From assembly GCA_039811685.1 (NCBI GenBank), contig JBDHZC010000010.1, positions 1 to 53,930 on the forward strand: a DNA stretch of 53,930 nt, read 5' to 3'. How positions within the stretch are numbered: the first letter of the stretch is position 1; every line of letters begins with the position of its first letter. Source of the DNA: Armatimonadota bacterium (GTDB lineage: Bacteria; Armatimonadota; UBA5829; DSUL01). Positions 49,170 through 53,930 of the stretch are shown one piece after another. The translations under genes and the position numbers were made by a program. The notes under the pieces were generated by a model. The model searched no databases. It saw nothing but the letters and a program-made list of their open reading frames with translations, and was not told the DNA's origin.

Positions 49170-50446
49170 GGCCTCTCTCTCAAAACCTGATTCACGGTCC
49201 GTGTAAACTCCTTGCAGACATCCTCAACCGGACGAATTCCCAGAAAAGCATCATCCAGAATCGTCAAAGCCTCCGAGTAATCCGCGAACTGAACTGGAGT
49301 TGGCGCGGTCCGCGCGTAGGCGACTGCCTCCAGAAAAGCGCTGTCATGCTCGGGTGTCTGAGGACCTTTGAGAGCTCCTGGCGCCAGTGCGACAGGCTTG
49401 TAGGCAGGGATCGCATTCCCAGCCTTGATATTCGCGAATGCAGCCTCACGTCCGGAGAGAAACTTCAGGAACTCCCAGCTCTGCTTTGGGTGTCTGGTAG
49501 TGCGCACAATGGCATTGCATCCCCATATCAGCGTCGTAGCCCGCCTGACTTGGCGGGGAGGAGGCGCGACGTCCCACTTGAACGGGATCATGTTGAACAT
49601 CGACTTGTACGCATAACGGCTGTTGCAGATCATCGCAACCCGGCCCGAAGCGAACAAATCGTCCGCAGACTGCCCTGCGCCCTGCCCGGAAGCCGGCGCG
49701 ACGTGCATCCGGGTGGCCAACTCCGTGTAGAAGCGCAAACCCTCAACGGCGGCCGGCTTATCCATGAGGCATCTGCTTTCGGATCTGTCCAGAATGGAGC
49801 CTCCGTTAGCCCAGACCCATGCAGGCCAGCGATTGTAGCTGTTTTGGGTTACAAAACCAAACTGCTCCGGATTGCCATCGCCGTTCTCATCTACAGTCAA
49901 ACGCCGGGCGGCACGGACGAAGTCGTCCCACGTCCAGTTAGCACTCGGATAGGCGAGATTCGCATGGTCGAACAGATCGCGGTTGTAGAACAGAACAATA
50001 GTCGAAAAATCACTTGGCAGGCCGTAGAGGCGGCCTTTGACGCGCATTCCATCCAGCACCGGCGCAAAATAGTCCTGCAGACTGAGAGACGGGTCTGATT
50101 CAGCCAGGAACTCCACATCCAGGAGCAGGCCCTTGGCGGCGAAATAAGGATAGTCCACCTGAGTGAAGTGGACGACATCCGGAGGGATATCCCCAGCAAT
50201 CAGCGTCAGCAGCTTCGCGTCATAGCCAGTGTCTCCCAGACTTGCGTTCAGCCTGATTTTGATATCCGGGTGCTGACGCTCAAACTCTGGGATGAACTCT
50301 TCGCGATAGAGCTTCAGGAATTCCGGAGTGGCAGGTGCATACCACTCGATCACGATGCGTCCCTCGTCCTGTGCCAGGTGTCTCGCGCAGCCGCCGTACG
50401 CGCACAGCGCGGCAAGAACCAGCAATGGCCAGCTCCGACGCCTCAT
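49166..50446 (-). CDS. Sugar ABC transporter substrate-binding lipoprotein
   Basis: Lipoprotein-like signal, FERQHPDIKI, PPDV, LFYNRDLF, WTWDDF. Confidence 0.92.
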   Translation of the reverse strand: MRRRSWPLLVLAALCAYGGCARHLAQDEGRIVIEWYAPATPEFLKLYREEFIPEFERQHPDIKIRLNASLGDTGYDAKLLTLIAGDIPPDVVHFTQVDYPYFAAKGLLLDVEFLAESDPSLSLQDYFAPVLDGMRVKGRLYGLPSDFSTIVLFYNRDLFDHANLAYPSANWTWDDFVRAARRLTVDENGDGNPEQFGFVTQNSYNRWPAWVWANGGSILDRSESRCLMDKPAAVEGLRFYTELATRMHVAPASGQGAGQSADDLFASGRVAMICNSRYAYKSMFNMIPFKWDVAPPPRQVRRATTLIWGCNAIVRTTRHPKQSWEFLKFLSGREAAFANIKAGNAIPAYKPVALAPGALKGPQTPEHDSAFLEAVAYARTAPTPVQFADYSEALTILDDAFLGIRPVEDVCKEFTRTVNQVLRERP

Positions 50447-53400
50447 CAGCGCCCGGCTGCAGGTTTGAACACTGTTGCGGGGGTACTGCTCAGCGACGCT
50501 CCAGGCCCAAAGTCTGATATGTAAACATAGGAGACGCCGTCGCGGTTGAGGTCCGAGAACAACGACGGCGATCTGTCCTTGTCGAGTGAGAAAGTGTTGG
50601 CGGCCTTATCAGCGTCCGCGATGACAGCGGCGTGCTGATAGTCCTCACTGAGAGCAAACATCCCGGTGTAGCTCCTGGCCTCGAACTGGTTATAAACGCC
50701 TCCTATGCGCTCCTTGGAGACGATGAGCTTTCTGCCTGCATCCCACGCTGCTCTGTAGCGTCCCGTGATGATAGGAGTCGCGCCGAAGCTGAGAACATAG
50801 AAATCGCCTTCCTTCGCAACGTCGCTGACTGTGTAAGACGCGGATGCGCTCCCGTTGTTCACAAACACGACGTCCCCGCGTCTGGGACGCCAGCCTCTCA
50901 CCCACACCCTGCCTCCGGGATAATCCACCTTCTCTACCAGAGCCTTTAGGCCAACCTCATTGCGGACAAGGCGACCCTTTGGCCGCTTCAGCGAACCGCT
51001 TCCGGCCAGATACCCCTTGCCAGGGAGCTTTTCAGGATAGGCAGCGAAGCTGGCATCCATTGAGACTCCATCTGCATAGACCGCCTTTCGTCCGCTTCCG
51101 TTGACATAAATACGCCAGATCTGCCCGCCTTTCAAGCGCACCACACAACCGCCGGCCAGCGGAGTATCGGCGTCCATCCGTTCGACGGATTCGACTGCGA
51201 CGCTCCCTTTTTCGACGTCAACAACTGCCAGATAAAGAGCCGGCTCCCGGCCGCGCCCCCGCAGAAGAATGTATGGGATGGAGTCGGGGTAGCCCGGTTT
51301 GACCGGAGGTTTCCCATTTGCGACGATGACTTCGTCGAAAGAAAATCGGGGAAACCAGGCAGACATATTGAACCCGTCGTCATCGGTCCAGTCGAAGCGG
51401 TTCACTTCGGACGGCTGGTACCATTTGGGGTCTGTCATGTACTGATAGCCTGAAGACATGGGCGGGTCTGCGTTATCCGGACCAATTTCCGGTCCGGCCA
51501 CACTCCCTCCCTGTTGCGCTTTGAGAAGCTTTTCTCCCGTAGAAAACACGCCAAATGGCAGACCGTGAAAGCTGTAATCCCTCACGCTCCCCGCATCCAC
51601 GTAGAAAGAGTCAATCAGCAGCGTGCTTTTCTCACCCGTATCCAGAAGAGCCAGCGTTCGGCGGTAATCTTTGACAGGGCCTTTCCACACACGCGGAGCC
51701 TGCGCTTCGGCCAGTTTCAGCCCGGGAAGATCTACAAACTGCGTCAGATTTCCCGCGCTAAGGCTGTCCTGCGCCTGCTCGTCAAGCATAACGCAGTAGT
51801 GGCTCGGGGTGTTCTTTATCCAGTAATCCGCGCGGGGACCCCAGTGGGACGGGTAGCCAAGATCGGTCAACATATCACGCTCGTCCATGTGATAGCTGAT
51901 GGTAAGGCGGTCCTTGTGGCCGTGAGAAGCGCCGGTCGCTCCGTAGTACATTGTGGCGGAGCGTTTCGTCGCGCCGTCGTCCAACTCCAGAATTGCCAAC
52001 CCATAGCCACCGAGATTCCTGGTGAACGGCGCGTTCGGAAATCGCGAAGTGTGTGCGGCGGTCTTGTTGGAATCTGCTGGCTTTTCAGGCATCCGGCTCA
52101 TCAGGGCCGGGCGATCCAGGTCGCCTTTGCGCAACACAGCAGCACAGTACGGGTCGCCAAGGTGCGATGCGCCGAACTCCAGCACATCCTGCTGAATGAG
52201 ACGCGGGGCGCCTTTGATGTCTCCTGCGCAGTCTCCAAGCCGGGGCGAGAGAGTGTCCAGAACTCGAACCTGAGAAGGCCCGCGGCAAATCTGCAGCCAT
52301 TTGGGATCTTTCACAATGTCAACATTGAGCTGTCCAAGGTTTTCCGCCGCAGCAACCATCCGTGAGTTCCAGATGCTTGAATAGCTGAGCGAGCTTTCTC
52401 CGCCAATCCCGTCACGGTCGAAACCATTGAAGAACGTAAACTCCAGATCGCCATCGCCTTTGAGCATCCAGTCGATCATCTGCTGGGTCGTGGCGCCTCT
52501 TGCGGGGTCGGAGTTGTCCAGCACAAGCGCTGCAGTGGACAAAGACCCCAACTCAAACTTGTTACCCCAGATCTTCTTCTGAAAAATGTCTTTGACCTGT
52601 ACCTGGAGGATATCCTGTTCAATCGCTTCCCTCGGATTGAAAACACCTTTGCTGCTCAGAAAGGCGCGCAGCGCTTGATCGGTTTCTAACACAGGGAAGA
52701 CGGCATCGTAAGCGGAGGCGAAGACAATTACGACCGAGTTTTCCCAGATGTAGTCGAGGATCCTCCCGTTGATGGCGGCTGGCCATTTGCCGTTGTGGTA
52801 AGCCTGGGTGCGGTAGTCCATTTTTGGATAGACCTGGCTGATGCGAGCCAACGCAACGGCGCACGCGTGCGCATACCTGGAATCACCTGTGATTATGTAG
52901 CTGTTGGCACAGGCATTCAGTGCATCAATGATATTGTGACGCCACAGTTCCCAAAAAACGTAGTGCCCCACAAACCAGTAACGCTTGCCGTCTTTCGCGA
53001 CGTAACCGAAACCGTCGTCCACGTATGGCTGCGTCGTATCAAGCTTCTCTTTTCTCCCACCTTTGAGATAGGATCCGAAGTCGTTTGAAGGGTAGAATTC
53101 CTTGCCCACCGGACACTGAACTTTGAAGGGTTTGTCCGGGGACATAATCCATGGATAGTGCCCGCCCTCCTTGAATATCTGATCGCCGTGGACCGGACAT
53201 CCGACGCCAAAACAGACATTCAGGGCGCGTGGCAGATCAGCGTCAGGGATCAGGTCCCATATCTGCTCGTCGCTCATTTCAGCCAGCCGCTTTGCCTTAC
53301 TGAGAATGGCATCTTTTTGACTCGCGTAATCGGTTCTGGCTGCGCGCGCCCTGATGGTGGCGATCTGGGCATCCGTGTAGTACGTTCGACCAGCCTTGGC

Positions 53401-53475
53401 GTGTACACCGCGAGCCAGCACTGACACTCCAAGGATCACTGAGAAAAGAACGAAGACAAAATCAGATGGCCTCAA
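50446..53475 (-). CDS. Secreted heparinase II/III-like polysaccharide lyase
   Basis: Signal peptide after GGAGG/TTG; alpha-toroid region with ESSLSYS; HGHKDRL, DLGYP, TPSHYCV. Confidence 0.78.
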   Translation of the reverse strand: MRPSDFVFVLFSVILGVSVLARGVHAKAGRTYYTDAQIATIRARAARTDYASQKDAILSKAKRLAEMSDEQIWDLIPDADLPRALNVCFGVGCPVHGDQIFKEGGHYPWIMSPDKPFKVQCPVGKEFYPSNDFGSYLKGGRKEKLDTTQPYVDDGFGYVAKDGKRYWFVGHYVFWELWRHNIIDALNACANSYIITGDSRYAHACAVALARISQVYPKMDYRTQAYHNGKWPAAINGRILDYIWENSVVIVFASAYDAVFPVLETDQALRAFLSSKGVFNPREAIEQDILQVQVKDIFQKKIWGNKFELGSLSTAALVLDNSDPARGATTQQMIDWMLKGDGDLEFTFFNGFDRDGIGGESSLSYSSIWNSRMVAAAENLGQLNVDIVKDPKWLQICRGPSQVRVLDTLSPRLGDCAGDIKGAPRLIQQDVLEFGASHLGDPYCAAVLRKGDLDRPALMSRMPEKPADSNKTAAHTSRFPNAPFTRNLGGYGLAILELDDGATKRSATMYYGATGASHGHKDRLTISYHMDERDMLTDLGYPSHWGPRADYWIKNTPSHYCVMLDEQAQDSLSAGNLTQFVDLPGLKLAEAQAPRVWKGPVKDYRRTLALLDTGEKSTLLIDSFYVDAGSVRDYSFHGLPFGVFSTGEKLLKAQQGGSVAGPEIGPDNADPPMSSGYQYMTDPKWYQPSEVNRFDWTDDDGFNMSAWFPRFSFDEVIVANGKPPVKPGYPDSIPYILLRGRGREPALYLAVVDVEKGSVAVESVERMDADTPLAGGCVVRLKGGQIWRIYVNGSGRKAVYADGVSMDASFAAYPEKLPGKGYLAGSGSLKRPKGRLVRNEVGLKALVEKVDYPGGRVWVRGWRPRRGDVVFVNNGSASASYTVSDVAKEGDFYVLSFGATPIITGRYRAAWDAGRKLIVSKERIGGVYNQFEARSYTGMFALSEDYQHAAVIADADKAANTFSLDKDRSPSLFSDLNRDGVSYVYISDFGPGASLSSTPATVFKPAAGR

Positions 53476-53698
53476 AATATAACCTCCGCGGAACCGGTTA
53501 CAGGGACTGGGGCAGGTTACCAGAAAAACGAATCTGAGTCCAGAGACCTGCGAACGCAGCGCACGAAATTGGCGCCGTTCTGTTTGTGGGCTGAACTTGT
53601 GCCAAGCTGACCAGTCAACGCGAAAACTTGCGTGAAGTAGCGCGCATCCTCTGGCATATAGAAGGTGGTAAACTGTTGGACTTTTCACGGTTCTGTGC

Positions 53699-53727
53699 TT
53701 GACCGGGGAGAGTCGCAGGTGTAAACT
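53699..53727 (+). promoter_or_regulatory. Sigma70-like promoter
   Basis: TTGACC-N17-TAAACT upstream of the ORF at 53867. Confidence 0.55.
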
Positions 53728-53866
53728 GGGAGCACATTCCTCTAACGGTTGGTCGTTGCCTGGTAAGTTATACGTGTAACTACATCGGATTGCACATCCG
53801 CGCGGGTGCAGCGGCTACCGGGAGTCCAGGATACAGTATCACGGCGCAAGCCAAAAGGAAAGCGAC

Positions 53867-53930
53867 ATGGGAAAGCTGTTTAGCTTACTTGTGCTGTGCT
53901 TTGTAATGGCGGTGGCAGCCAGCGTGCCAT
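53867..53930 (+). CDS. N-terminus (signal peptide) of a secreted protein, runs off window
   Basis: AAGGA RBS; MGKLFSLLVLCFVMAVAASVP. Confidence 0.6.
   Translation, partial: MGKLFSLLVLCFVMAVAASVP

Overview
Bacterial chromosomal window. The gene content (PEP-CTERM protein, prepilin/H-X9-DG protein, UroD-like proteins, secreted modular proteins with an OB-fold-like tail) suggests an Armatimonadota-like organism; this is an inference. The left end holds the 5' tip of tuf and a minus-strand tRNA set: Thr(GGT), Tyr(GTA), Thr(TGT). Between tRNA-Tyr and tRNA-Thr(TGT) lies a ~2.6 kb promoter-led mosaic array built from two palindromic repeat types. Type A is an 80-nt unit with two conserved inverted arms around an exactly 30-nt variable core; it occurs 5 times in alternating orientation with 3 distinct cores. 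Type B is a 35-36-nt hairpin (5 copies, plus one apparent empty site). These repeats bracket fragments of Rhs/YD-repeat toxin genes and immunity-like genes, and no recombinase, transposase or cas gene is nearby. This array is the most novel-looking object. The rest is metabolic and housekeeping: melA, cysE, nfo, D-lyxose isomerase, PhyH dioxygenases, IMPase, nrdJ with tandem NrdR boxes, NDP-sugar synthases, DegT aminotransferase, CbiX-like protein, Aas-like fusion, ahcY, queG, and a sugar ABC transporter with a heparinase-like enzyme. Several apparent pseudo-enzymes occur (radical-SAM-less anSME homologue, degenerate REC-GGDEF, degenerate SDR), as does an orphan DNA adenine methyltransferase.
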